NCBI GenBank assembly: GCA_020848545.1
Contig: JADLHZ010000148.1
Location: 492 to 64,491 of the forward strand
Origin: Deltaproteobacteria bacterium
GTDB taxonomy: Bacteria; Myxococcota; JADLHZ01
Reading direction: 5' to 3'
Length of the DNA: 64,000 bases
In this document: positions 54,373 through 63,474 of the stretch, piece by piece
Position numbering within the stretch: the first letter of the stretch is position 1
How the letters are laid out: each line of letters opens with the position of its first letter
Notes under the pieces: model-generated
The model's database searches: none
The model's input: only the letters and a program-made list of their open reading frames with translations
Told to the model about the DNA's origin: nothing
Position numbers and translations under genes: made by a program

Positions 54373-56187
54373 ATGCGCGCGGCGCTGATGATCACATGCA
54401 CGCTGTGCCTCGCCGTCGCGCCGCTCTCGACTAGAACCGCAGGAGCCGCCACCGACCCCGAGCTCGAGCACAGCATCGCGCAGAAGATCCAGCAGATGAG
54501 CGAGGACGAGAAGCTCGCGCAGCTCATGGTCGTCGGCTTCTCTGGCACGAGCGTCAACGCCGAGGTCGACGATCTGCTCGCGCGCTGGAAGGTCGGGGCG
54601 ATCGCGCTCTTCTCGCGCAATGTGAAATCGCCCGAGCAGGTCCGCCGGCTCACCCGCGGCATGCGCGACGTCAGCAAAGCGGTCGTGGCGCCGTTCATCG
54701 CGATCGATCAAGAAGGCGGCCTCGTCGTGCGCTTGAAGCAAGGCGTCAGCGTGCTGCCGGGCGCGATGGCCCTCGGTGCGACGCGCTCGCGCACGCTCGC
54801 GTACCTCGCCGGTCGCGCCGTCGGCGCTGATCTGCGCGGCCTCGGTATCAGTATGAACTTCGCGCCGGTGCTCGACGTGAACAGCAACCCGGCGAACCCG
54901 GTGATCGGCACGCGCTCGCTCGGCGAACGTCCGGAGCTCGTCGCCGAGCTTGGCCGCTGGTTCATCCGCGGCGAAGACGAGGCCGGCATCATCAGCGTCG
55001 CGAAGCACTTTCCCGGGCACGGCGACACGCAGCTCGACTCGCACTACGCCACTCCGTCCTTGTCGATCGATCTCGATCGCTTGCGCAAGCTCGAGCTCGT
55101 GCCTTTCGAGCAAGCGATCGCCTTCGGGCTCTCGGCGATCATGACCGCGCACATCGCGCTGCCGAAGGTGAGCGAAGAGCCGTCGCTGCCGGCAACCCTG
55201 TCGCCCCGCGTGCTCACCGGCATCTTGCGCAAGGATCTCGGCTTCGACGGCCTGGTCATCACCGACGGCCTCGAGATGCGCGGCATCGTCGAAGGCGAAG
55301 GCATCGGTCGGGCTGCCGTCAAAGCGCTGAACGCAGGCGCCGACATGGTGATGGTGTTGTGGAGCCAGAAAGATCGCGAGGATGTCTTCTCCGCGATGAA
55401 GGGCGCCTACCTCGCCGGCGAGCTGAGCCACGAGCGCGTCGACGCGTCGCTCACGCGGATCTTTCGCGTCAAGCACAAGGCCGGCCTCTTCGACAAGACG
55501 ATGAGCCCGGAGTCGCTGGCGGCGCAGCGCGTGCTGCACGATCAAGTCGCCGAGGAGATCGCCGAGCGCTCGGTGACGCTCGTGCGGGATCGCACGGGGC
55601 TCATGCCGCTCTACGGCCCAGGCAAGCGCACGCGCGTCCTCTACCTTGGGCCCGAAGGGCAGCTCGCGCAGTCGTTCATGAACGACATGATCGAGCTGAT
55701 GCCGTCGTTGCCGACCAAAGAGCAGCGCCAGAAGCACGCGATCGACGCGATCGCGCGCTCGGCGCAGGCGACGGTGATCGTGGCGGCGGCGCAGAACCGC
55801 TACCACGTCGAGGTGATCCGGCAGGTGCGCGAAGCCTTGCCGAGCGTGCCGATGGCCTTCGTCTCGCTCGGCTCTCCTTATTATCTGGCGCAGCTGCCGA
55901 CGGTCGACGCGTATCTCTGCGCCTACGGCGATCTGCCGAGCTCACAGCGGGCGCTCGCGCGCGTGCTGCACGGCGAGCGTGGCACGGTCGGCCGCTTGCC
56001 GGTGACGATCCCTGGCCACGCCAACTACGGCGACGGCATCGTGCTCGGTGCCGTCGCGTCGGATGACGGCGCAGGCGCAGCCGGTTCGCTGGCGCTCTCG
56101 GACGCCGGCATCACGACTTCCGACGCGGGCTCGCGCACCGGCGGCGGCTTGGGCTCGTCGAAGAAGGCGGCGCGGATCCCGAGATGA
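54373..56187 (+). CDS. Secreted glycoside hydrolase family 3 (beta-N-acetylhexosaminidase-like)
   Basis: Signal peptide 'MRAALMITCTLCLAVAPLS'. 'IDQEGGLVVRL' and 'KHFPGHGDTQLDSH'. Confidence 0.85.
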   Translation: MRAALMITCTLCLAVAPLSTRTAGAATDPELEHSIAQKIQQMSEDEKLAQLMVVGFSGTSVNAEVDDLLARWKVGAIALFSRNVKSPEQVRRLTRGMRDVSKAVVAPFIAIDQEGGLVVRLKQGVSVLPGAMALGATRSRTLAYLAGRAVGADLRGLGISMNFAPVLDVNSNPANPVIGTRSLGERPELVAELGRWFIRGEDEAGIISVAKHFPGHGDTQLDSHYATPSLSIDLDRLRKLELVPFEQAIAFGLSAIMTAHIALPKVSEEPSLPATLSPRVLTGILRKDLGFDGLVITDGLEMRGIVEGEGIGRAAVKALNAGADMVMVLWSQKDREDVFSAMKGAYLAGELSHERVDASLTRIFRVKHKAGLFDKTMSPESLAAQRVLHDQVAEEIAERSVTLVRDRTGLMPLYGPGKRTRVLYLGPEGQLAQSFMNDMIELMPSLPTKEQRQKHAIDAIARSAQATVIVAAAQNRYHVEVIRQVREALPSVPMAFVSLGSPYYLAQLPTVDAYLCAYGDLPSSQRALARVLHGERGTVGRLPVTIPGHANYGDGIVLGAVASDDGAGAAGSLALSDAGITTSDAGSRTGGGLGSSKKAARIPR

Positions 56188-57518
56188 AACATGTCAATGC
56201 GGTATTCGTAGCGGCCGTTGCCGACCGTCGCCGGCGTTGAGTTCGGAAACACTGACAGCGCCACCGCCTCGGAAGCGGTCACCTCGACCGGCAGCGCGAA
56301 GACGTGCACGTAGGCGGCGTCGAACGCGAGCTTCCAAACGTTGAAGCTGGCGCCGATGGCGAGGCCGAACTTCGGCGCGTCCGGCACCGTCATGTCGAAG
56401 CGCTCGGGCCGCGTTGCCGGGCTCTCGTACCAAGCGCCGCCGCGCACGGTGAGCCAGTCGAAGGGGCGCCCTTCGACGCCGAGGCGGGCGCTGAACGCGT
56501 CGCGGTTGCGCTTGTCGAGCGGGAAGCTCGGCAGCTGCTGGTTGTCGATGACCCCCGGGAAGTTGACGACGATATTGTCCGGCACGAGCTCGATCGTCTT
56601 GTTGCGCGACCACTGCTCCCACACGAACGCCGCCTCGATGCCCAAGCGCTCGATAGGACGATAGCGGATGCCGGCACGCAGGATCATCGGGAAGCTCACG
56701 TTGAGCGACACCTTGTCGCCGGTGATCTCGACCTGCGAGAGCGCGCTCGGCAGCTTCACCGCCGCGGTGCCCGTGGCGTTGACGTCGTAGGGCGGCATGA
56801 CCGACAGGCCGAGCGACAGCTCTTTCACCGGCTCGAAGCGCACGCCGAAGTTCGAGGTGATCGTGAACGGATCGCTCACGCTGATCGTGAAGGGCACGCT
56901 GAAGTCGATCGCCTCCGGATCGCCGGGTGAACCGCTGACCGCGACCTTCTGCTCGGTGCGAAAGTAAGTGTTGCCGAAGGTGACGCCGAGCGAGAGCCAA
57001 CGAAACACCCGGTAGGCGACGCCCAAGTGAATGTGGAACGCGCTGTTGTCGGCGCCGATGGATTGATAGCGCTGCGGGCCCGTCTCCGAATATTGATAAT
57101 TGCCGGCGGTCGGCGAGTACACCGCCGCGCCGATCGCCAAGCCTTCGATGCCGAAGTCGTAGGTCACGGCCGCGAACGCCGCCGGCTTCAGCGGGCTCAG
57201 GTTGTTCACCCCGGGATAATTGCGGCCGGTCACAGGATCCTGCGCGCGTTGATAGCTCATCGGCGTGATGTGCAGGCCGGCCTCGACCTGCAAACGCAAA
57301 CCGCCTTGACCTGCAAGCGCCGCCGGGTTGTACCAGAACGCGCTGAGCGTCGACGGCGATGCGATGAAGGCGCCGGCTTGGCCCATGCCCACAGCCTCGA
57401 TGTCCGTGATGTACGGGCCGGCGGCATGCGCGGAAGCAGCGCTGTAGACAGCACCGACGGCTCCGAGCAGCAGCGAAAGGCAGAATGTGAGCGACGAACC
57501 ACGTGAACGCATGCGCAA
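56025..57518 (-). CDS. FadL/TodX-family outer membrane transport protein
   Basis: Signal peptide, then 'GMGQAGAFIASPSTLSAFWYNPAALAG', a typical OMPP1/FadL N-terminus. A beta-barrel terminal strand 'HLGIRAAF' is followed by a ~45-aa Pro/Ser/Ala tail. Confidence 0.75.
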   Translation of the reverse strand: MRMRSRGSSLTFCLSLLLGAVGAVYSAASAHAAGPYITDIEAVGMGQAGAFIASPSTLSAFWYNPAALAGQGGLRLQVEAGLHITPMSYQRAQDPVTGRNYPGVNNLSPLKPAAFAAVTYDFGIEGLAIGAAVYSPTAGNYQYSETGPQRYQSIGADNSAFHIHLGVAYRVFRWLSLGVTFGNTYFRTEQKVAVSGSPGDPEAIDFSVPFTISVSDPFTITSNFGVRFEPVKELSLGLSVMPPYDVNATGTAAVKLPSALSQVEITGDKVSLNVSFPMILRAGIRYRPIERLGIEAAFVWEQWSRNKTIELVPDNIVVNFPGVIDNQQLPSFPLDKRNRDAFSARLGVEGRPFDWLTVRGGAWYESPATRPERFDMTVPDAPKFGLAIGASFNVWKLAFDAAYVHVFALPVEVTASEAVALSVFPNSTPATVGNGRYEYRIDMFHLGIRAAFFDEPKPPPVREPASEVVMPASESASEPAAPAPSSDATAPSTMPSP

Positions 57519-58515
57519 GCTCCTCGGCGTCCCCCCAGTGCAGATCCTCGCTGCCCGCGCCGCGATTGTGCGTGAGCTGAGGCATTTCTTCGTCGAGCGT
57601 GACTACCTCGAGGTTGAGCCGCCGACCTTGCTACCGACAACCGGGCTCGAAATCCACATCTCCTCGCTCGAATCCTCGCTGCGGGTGCCGACTTCGGTCG
57701 CCGAGCGTCCGGCGCCGCAGCCGGCCTACTTGCACACCTCGCCGGAATTCGCGCTGAAGAAGCTGCTCGCCTGCGGCTACGATCGGGTGTTCTCGGTGTG
57801 CAAAGTCTTTCGCGACGGCGAGATCAGCGAACGCCACAACGTCGAGTTCACGATGCTCGAGTGGTACCGCGCGCACACAGACGCCGACGCGCTGATGCAG
57901 GAGACCGAGGAGCTCGTGCGGACGTTGGCGGGGCTCGTGCCGTCGCCGCCGCCGGCGCTCCTGCGCCCGTACCATCGCGTCTCCTTTCGCCAAGCCTTCG
58001 CCGCGCTCGGCATCGACTTCGATCAAATCGAAGAGGGCGACGCGGCGGCGTTCGGCCGCGCGGCAGAGAAGGCAGGAATCCGCGTCGCGCGCGACGACGG
58101 CTTCGACGACATCTTTCACCGCGTGTGTTTGGAGAAGATCGAGCCGCGGCTCGCCGGCGCCGTGTTCGTTCACGACTATCCGGTGGAGCTCGCGGTGCTC
58201 GCGCGGCGCAACCCGGCGCGGCCGCGCTTCGCCGAGCGCTTCGAGCTCTTCGTCGACGGGCTCGAGCTCTGCAACGGCTTCTCCGAGCTCACCGATGCCG
58301 TCGAGCAGCGCGCGCGCTTCGTCTTCGAACAGAAGGAGCGCGAGCGGCGCGGGTTGCCCGTATATCCGCTCGACGAAAAGTTCCTGCAAGCGCTCGCGAC
58401 GGTGCCGCGCTCGGCGGGCAACGCGCTCGGCGTCGATCGTCTGGTGATGCTCCTGCTCGGCGCCGGCGCCATCGACTCGGTGCTGCCCTTTTCGACGCGG
58501 CGCCTCTTCGTGTGA
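57487..58515 (+). CDS. epmA: EF-P (R)-beta-lysine ligase (GenX/PoxA, LysRS class II paralog)
   Basis: 'AAIVRELRHFFVERDYLEVEPPTL', 'FRDGEISERHNVEFTMLEWY' and 'GNALGVDRLVMLL'. The start may be ATG 57511. Confidence 0.85.
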   Translation: MSDEPRERMRKLLGVPPVQILAARAAIVRELRHFFVERDYLEVEPPTLLPTTGLEIHISSLESSLRVPTSVAERPAPQPAYLHTSPEFALKKLLACGYDRVFSVCKVFRDGEISERHNVEFTMLEWYRAHTDADALMQETEELVRTLAGLVPSPPPALLRPYHRVSFRQAFAALGIDFDQIEEGDAAAFGRAAEKAGIRVARDDGFDDIFHRVCLEKIEPRLAGAVFVHDYPVELAVLARRNPARPRFAERFELFVDGLELCNGFSELTDAVEQRARFVFEQKERERRGLPVYPLDEKFLQALATVPRSAGNALGVDRLVMLLLGAGAIDSVLPFSTRRLFV

Positions 58516-58553
58516 CTTGCACGCCGGCCCGCGAGCGACGATGATGCACCGGC

Positions 58554-60005
58554 GTGACCACCGAGGCGACGCAGACCATCGTGACCCAAAAGGGCGACCG
58601 CTTGCTCGACCTGTGCAAGCGCGTCTACGGCATCCGCGAGCCGGATCGGGCGCTCATGGTCGCGACCGCGGTGTCGGCGATCGCCAAGAACCGCGCGGCG
58701 GTGCAGAACAAGATCGGCGTGCCGCTCGCGGCTGGGTTGCAGATCGAGTTCCCTGCCTGGGCCGAAGTCACGGCGATGATGAAGTCGCAGGATCAGCGCA
58801 AGGCGGCGGTGCAGAGCTCGACGACGGCGCCGCAAAAGACGCTGAACCCGATGGCGCCCATGCGCCAGGTCGCGATCGGCAAGCAGGCGTCTCAGCCGGT
58901 CGGTGAGCGGTCGCTGCCGCGGGAGATGGCGCGGACGCTCGGCCTGCACGCGCAAGCGGCGGTCGAAGAGTTTCGCCCGCTCGGCAGCGAGGACGCTGAT
59001 CCCACGCGCACGCAGTCGGCGGGGGCCACGCGCATCGTTGGCTTCGGGCGCAAGCTCGCCAAAGAGGCGGCGCGCACGGTGCTCTCCGAGCTCTTGCACC
59101 TGAGCGAAAAGGCGTTCGAGCAGAACATCGAGATGATGCTGAACAAGCTGAACCCGCGCGCGTTCATGCCAAACGTCGACACCGGCCCGACCATCGCCGT
59201 GCTGCTCGGCGGCTTCTTTCCGGCGCTGGCCGAACGGCTCGGCGGCGAGGCGAAGCTCGAGCTCGAACGCCGGCGCAAGCTGCTCGAGCGCGGCTTCTTG
59301 CGCGTGAAGATCGCGGATCTCGCGCTGCCTGCCGACGTTCCCGCGTCGCGCGCGTTCGGTGCCGATGGCGCCGCGGCGTTCGCGGCGGCGCAGCAAGCAG
59401 TGACGACGACCACGACGATCGACAACGTTGCGCCGCGGGTCGTCGCGCAGATCAAGCAGCAATACGGTGTCACCGGATCGGCGCACGAGCAGAAGGTGTT
59501 CATGCCGCGCATTCCCGCGAGCCTGCCGCCGCTCGTGCAGTTTCTCGACGCGTTCGCGCCGGGCGGTGACGATGGTCCGCTGGCGCAGAAGCTCTTCGAG
59601 GTCGTCACCCGCGTCTCTGACACGCATCGCGCCGCGGTCGCTCACGCCGCGGCGCTCACGGCGGCGTTGCAGGTCGACGAAAAGGAAGCGCCGAACGCGT
59701 CCCTCGTCAAGCACCTCTCCTCGCTCCTCAAGACGATGCGCGAGGTGCGGGTGGGCAAGACGCCGGAAGAACAAACGCGCCTGCTCGCCGACGAGCGCCA
59801 CTTGCTCAGCGGCCGCAACTTCGTCAGCTTCCGCAAGGACATCGCCGTCGCGCTCGACAAGCGCTTGACCTTCGCGGCGCACCTGACGCCGCTGCAGCGG
59901 ATGACCGTGCTCCTCGCGCTGCTGATGCAAGACGGCCACCGCCTGCCCACGATGCGCGTCGAAGAGATGGACGCCGCGTGCGAGCGGCTCATGCAAGCGC
60001 TCTGA
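58554..60005 (+). CDS. Hypothetical protein with an N-terminal LysM-like segment
   Basis: GTG start. 'IVTQKGDRLLDLCKRVYG...PLAAGLQIEFP' resembles LysM. The remaining ~400 aa are helical and unassigned. Confidence 0.55.
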   Translation: MTTEATQTIVTQKGDRLLDLCKRVYGIREPDRALMVATAVSAIAKNRAAVQNKIGVPLAAGLQIEFPAWAEVTAMMKSQDQRKAAVQSSTTAPQKTLNPMAPMRQVAIGKQASQPVGERSLPREMARTLGLHAQAAVEEFRPLGSEDADPTRTQSAGATRIVGFGRKLAKEAARTVLSELLHLSEKAFEQNIEMMLNKLNPRAFMPNVDTGPTIAVLLGGFFPALAERLGGEAKLELERRRKLLERGFLRVKIADLALPADVPASRAFGADGAAAFAAAQQAVTTTTTIDNVAPRVVAQIKQQYGVTGSAHEQKVFMPRIPASLPPLVQFLDAFAPGGDDGPLAQKLFEVVTRVSDTHRAAVAHAAALTAALQVDEKEAPNASLVKHLSSLLKTMREVRVGKTPEEQTRLLADERHLLSGRNFVSFRKDIAVALDKRLTFAAHLTPLQRMTVLLALLMQDGHRLPTMRVEEMDAACERLMQAL

Positions 60006-60680
60006 TTGCGCAACCGAGTTGCCGACACTGTGAAAGCCGCGATCTTCGATCTCGACCGCACGCTGGTGCCGGTGAACACCGCGTCGCTCTTCGTGCGCTG
60101 GCAGCTCGAGCGCGGCGAGGCGCGGCGGCGGGATCTCCTGAAGTCGCTGTTTTGGCTCGGCCAGTACACGCTCGGGGTCATCGACGCGGGTGACATCGCG
60201 CGGCGCGCGGCGCGACCGCTGCGCGGAAAGAACGAAGCCGCGTTTCGCGAGCTGATGCGCGGGTGGGTCGACGCGCAAGTGCTGCCGAAGGTGACGGAGG
60301 CGGCCAAGCGCGAGATCGCGGCGCGTCGATCCGAAGGCTTCGTCTGCGCGATCCTCACCGGCTCGACGGCGTACTCCGCCGATCCGCTCGGCCTCGCGCT
60401 CGGCATCGAGCACATCATCGGCAGTGAGCTCGAGGTGCGCGGCGGGTCCTTCACCGGTGAGCTCGTGGATCCGCTGTGCTTCGGCCACGGCAAGGTCACG
60501 CGCGCCGAGGCGTGGGCCTCGCGGCACGGGATCGATCTGTCGCAGAGCGTCTTCTATTCGGACTCGATCAGCGATCTGCCGATGCTCGAGCGGGTGAAGG
60601 AGCCGATCGCCGTGAACCCGGATCCGCGGCTGCGCGTGTTGGCCAAGTGGCGCGGGTGGCGGCGCTTGTACTGGACGTGA
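60006..60680 (+). CDS. HAD-IB family hydrolase (SerB-like)
   Basis: 'AAIFDLDRTLV' (motif I), 'ILTGS' and 'FYSDSISDLPMLE' (motif IV). Confidence 0.8.
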   Translation: MRNRVADTVKAAIFDLDRTLVPVNTASLFVRWQLERGEARRRDLLKSLFWLGQYTLGVIDAGDIARRAARPLRGKNEAAFRELMRGWVDAQVLPKVTEAAKREIAARRSEGFVCAILTGSTAYSADPLGLALGIEHIIGSELEVRGGSFTGELVDPLCFGHGKVTRAEAWASRHGIDLSQSVFYSDSISDLPMLERVKEPIAVNPDPRLRVLAKWRGWRRLYWT

Positions 60681-60683
60681 GGG

Positions 60684-61328
60684 CTACAAGATCTTCGCCG
60701 TCTTCACGTAATCCAAGTTCGGAAACTCCGCCTTCAAGTACGCGTTCCCCTCCGTCTGCAGCCGCATCTGCGACGGCCCGCGTCCGTTCGGCTGGCCCTC
60801 GCCGTATTCCTTGTTGAGCTTGTCGACGACGTCCATCCCTTCGACGACCTCACCGAAGGGCGGAAAGCCCATCGGATCCAGCCGCGCGTTGTCGACGAAG
60901 TTGATGAAGAACTGCGTCGTGCGCGAGTTCGGTCCGCCCTTCGCGAAGGTGGCGTAGCCGCGCTTGTTCGACTGCGCGCCCATCGGATCGTCTTTGATCG
61001 TCGCCGCGCGCCATTTCGCGGCGACCGCGGGCGATCCGTGGATGCCGAGCTGCACCATGAAGCCGTCGATCGCGCGAAAGAAGGCGACATCGTCGAAGTA
61101 GCCGATCTTCACGAGGTTATAGAAACGATCCGCGCCGACCGGCGCCCACTCCCTGTGCACGGCCAGCACGAAGTCGCCCTTGGTCGTCGTGAAGCGCACC
61201 TTGTAGTCGGCGGGCGCTTGCGCGGTCGCGGTCTCCGGCGACATCAGCGCTTGCGGGTCGGCCTTCTTGGCGTTGTTGTTCGTGCACGCGCACGCGAGGA
61301 CGGCGAGGAGCAGCGAGTACTTTTTCAT
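60684..61328 (-). CDS. Cyclophilin-type peptidyl-prolyl isomerase, lipoprotein
   Basis: Lipobox 'LLAVLACAC'. 'FFRAIDGFMVQLG' and 'GYATFAKGGPNSRTTQFFINF'. Confidence 0.85.
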   Translation of the reverse strand: MKKYSLLLAVLACACTNNNAKKADPQALMSPETATAQAPADYKVRFTTTKGDFVLAVHREWAPVGADRFYNLVKIGYFDDVAFFRAIDGFMVQLGIHGSPAVAAKWRAATIKDDPMGAQSNKRGYATFAKGGPNSRTTQFFINFVDNARLDPMGFPPFGEVVEGMDVVDKLNKEYGEGQPNGRGPSQMRLQTEGNAYLKAEFPNLDYVKTAKIL

Positions 61329-61370
61329 GGCGCGCTTTTCCTGCGAACCCGGGGCGAGTATCAAGGGGCG

Positions 61371-62111
61371 GTGATTCCCCTGAGCGACGACAACCCCACC
61401 GCCCGCACGCCGATCATCACGATCCTGATCATCATGGCGCTCGCCGGCGTGTGGATCTTCGTTCAAGGCGCCGGCGCCGATCCCGGGCTGCTCGCCGCGA
61501 CCGTCTGCAACTTCGGTCTCGTTCCCGGCGAGCTCACCCATCTGGCGCCGCTCGGCCAGAGCGTGCCGCTCGGCCTCGGAATGAGCTGCGCCGTCGACAA
61601 CGAGCCGGTGAACGTCCTCACGCCGCTGACCTCGATGTTCCTACACGGCAGCTGGATGCACTTGCTCGGCAACGCGCTCTTTCTCTGGGTGTTCGGCAAC
61701 AACGTCGAAGACAGCATGAGCCGGGTCCGCTTCGTCCTCTTCTATTTGATCTGCGGCCTGGCAGCGGCGGCGGCGCAGGTCATCGTGCAGCCGGGCTCAC
61801 CCGTGCCGATGGTCGGCGCGTCGGGCGCGATCTCCGGCATGCTCGGCGGCTACCTGATGCTCTTCCCGCACGCGAAGGTGAACATGTTCTTCGTCGTCTT
61901 CGTCACGAAGCTGCCGGCGTGGCTCGTGCTCATCTATTGGATCGGCGTGCAGGTGGTCTCGGGGCTGCCGATGGTCACCGGCGCCGAGCGGTCGGTGGCG
62001 AGCGGCGTCGCGTTCTTCGCGCACATCGGTGGCTTCGTCGCGGGCGTCGCGTTGATCCGGCTCTTCGCGAACCGCACGCACCTGACGCCGCACCACCGGA
62101 TGTTTCGCTGA
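61371..62111 (+). CDS. Rhomboid-family intramembrane serine protease
   Basis: GTG start. 'LHGSWMHLLGNALFLWVFG', catalytic 'GASGAISG' and 'FAHIGGFVAG'. Confidence 0.85.
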   Translation: MIPLSDDNPTARTPIITILIIMALAGVWIFVQGAGADPGLLAATVCNFGLVPGELTHLAPLGQSVPLGLGMSCAVDNEPVNVLTPLTSMFLHGSWMHLLGNALFLWVFGNNVEDSMSRVRFVLFYLICGLAAAAAQVIVQPGSPVPMVGASGAISGMLGGYLMLFPHAKVNMFFVVFVTKLPAWLVLIYWIGVQVVSGLPMVTGAERSVASGVAFFAHIGGFVAGVALIRLFANRTHLTPHHRMFR

Positions 62112-62135
62112 GCACCGTCGCCCTGAGCGTTGAGC

Positions 62136-62549
62136 TCAAAATCTTCTGCTCAATGCCTGTAAAAACGCGCGCACGTCGTTCGGCCCCTGCTTGGCGGCCT
62201 GCAAGACGCGCACGAGATCGAGTCGCTCGTAAGCGTGCGCGACCACGTTGCGGAAGCCGGCCGCTCTCACCAGGCGATCGCGCAGTTCCGGCTGGATGAT
62301 TTGCGCGTCGCAGAGCCGAACGAACGCGTTTCCGTAGTCAGTCGGCGCGCCGAGCTTGAAGTGGAGGCAAGCCTGCACGGCGAGGTCGATCGTCACTTGC
62401 ACAGCTTGATAGAGGTGCAAGACGACGGCGTCCGTTGCATCGCTCATAGGCGAGAGCGCGCCCTCGGGTATCTTGGCTTCCACGCGCTGCAAGTGACGTT
62501 CTATGGCCGCGATCTTTTCGGCCAAGGTAGCGGTGTCGAGCGTCCTCAC
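62136..62549 (-). CDS. hepT: HepT-like (DUF86) toxin of a type VII TA pair
   Basis: The Rx4HxY motif 'RNVVAHAYERLD' lies near the C-terminus. 4-nt overlap with the upstream MNT gene. Confidence 0.8.
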   Translation of the reverse strand: MRTLDTATLAEKIAAIERHLQRVEAKIPEGALSPMSDATDAVVLHLYQAVQVTIDLAVQACLHFKLGAPTDYGNAFVRLCDAQIIQPELRDRLVRAAGFRNVVAHAYERLDLVRVLQAAKQGPNDVRAFLQALSRRF

Positions 62550-62935
62550 TTCGCCGTCTCCGCGATGAGCCGCGCCTGTTCAGCGTGGATCAAGCCACCC
62601 ATGTCCAGCCAGAACGAAACGGCTGCGAACCAAAAGCGAGCGAAGATCCCTGGACGCGCCTCGAAGATCACGACCCCGTCGGCTGCCGCGCGGTACCGCA
62701 AGACACCGCCGGCGGTGGACAGGTCGACCAGGTCCACCCGATCCGTCTTCAACGCAAGAACGAGCGCCCCGAGCAGCGTGGCACTGTCGCATTCGCGTCC
62801 GAGGAACCCGAAATCCCAATCGGAATTCATCCCGGCGTCGCCACGGGCACGCGATCCGAACAGCACCAGCCCTTCGAGCCTCGGCGTCGCAGTGGCAACG
62901 CGATGAAGCGTCGCCAGAGTCTCTGAGTCGATCAC
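62546..62935 (-). CDS. mntA: MNT-type nucleotidyltransferase antitoxin
   Basis: 'LFGSRARGDAGMNSDWDFGFL' = GSxxRG...DxD minimal nucleotidyltransferase motif. Confidence 0.8.
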   Translation of the reverse strand: MIDSETLATLHRVATATPRLEGLVLFGSRARGDAGMNSDWDFGFLGRECDSATLLGALVLALKTDRVDLVDLSTAGGVLRYRAAADGVVIFEARPGIFARFWFAAVSFWLDMGGLIHAEQARLIAETAK

Positions 62936-62985
62936 GATGCGAAGCTAACACAACGCGGTCCGTCGGGCACGGTTGCGGCGATTCG

Positions 62986-63381
62986 TCAGTAGCGGACGGT
63001 CATTTGGGTCGGCGTGGCGCTCGCATCGGTGAACAGCATGTCGATGGCGGCGATGTGAGCGAACACCGCCGTGGCGGCGCGGCGACCGTTTGCGCCAAGG
63101 CCGGCCGAGGTCAGGGCGTTACCGAGCACCTCGGTGCAACGCGCGATCGACACGCCGCGTTCGAGCGCGCTTGCGACCTGCAGCAGCGTGCCCGCGGCGA
63201 TGACCATCGACGACGGCGAAAGGCGCACGCTGCACGCGCTTCGGGCGAGGCCGCGGATGCGCGCGGCGAGGGCGGCCGCCTCCGCGCTCGGGCGCCGCGG
63301 CGCGGTCTCGGCGTTGTAGCGATCGATGGCGTACAAGGTCATCGGGTGCGTGAACGAGCAGGGAACCACGGGATCCGGCAT
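62986..63381 (-). CDS. Hypothetical protein (131 aa)
   Basis: Start trimmed to ATG 63381, preceded by GGAG. No motif recognised. Confidence 0.45.
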   Translation of the reverse strand: MPDPVVPCSFTHPMTLYAIDRYNAETAPRRPSAEAAALAARIRGLARSACSVRLSPSSMVIAAGTLLQVASALERGVSIARCTEVLGNALTSAGLGANGRRAATAVFAHIAAIDMLFTDASATPTQMTVRY

Positions 63382-63474
63382 GGCATTGTTCTCCGCGAAC
63401 GTTGTCGGTGGCGCGTGCTTCGCGGCCGTCAAAACGTTTGGACACCCGCGTGACATCGGCGTAAGGCGCGCGCC

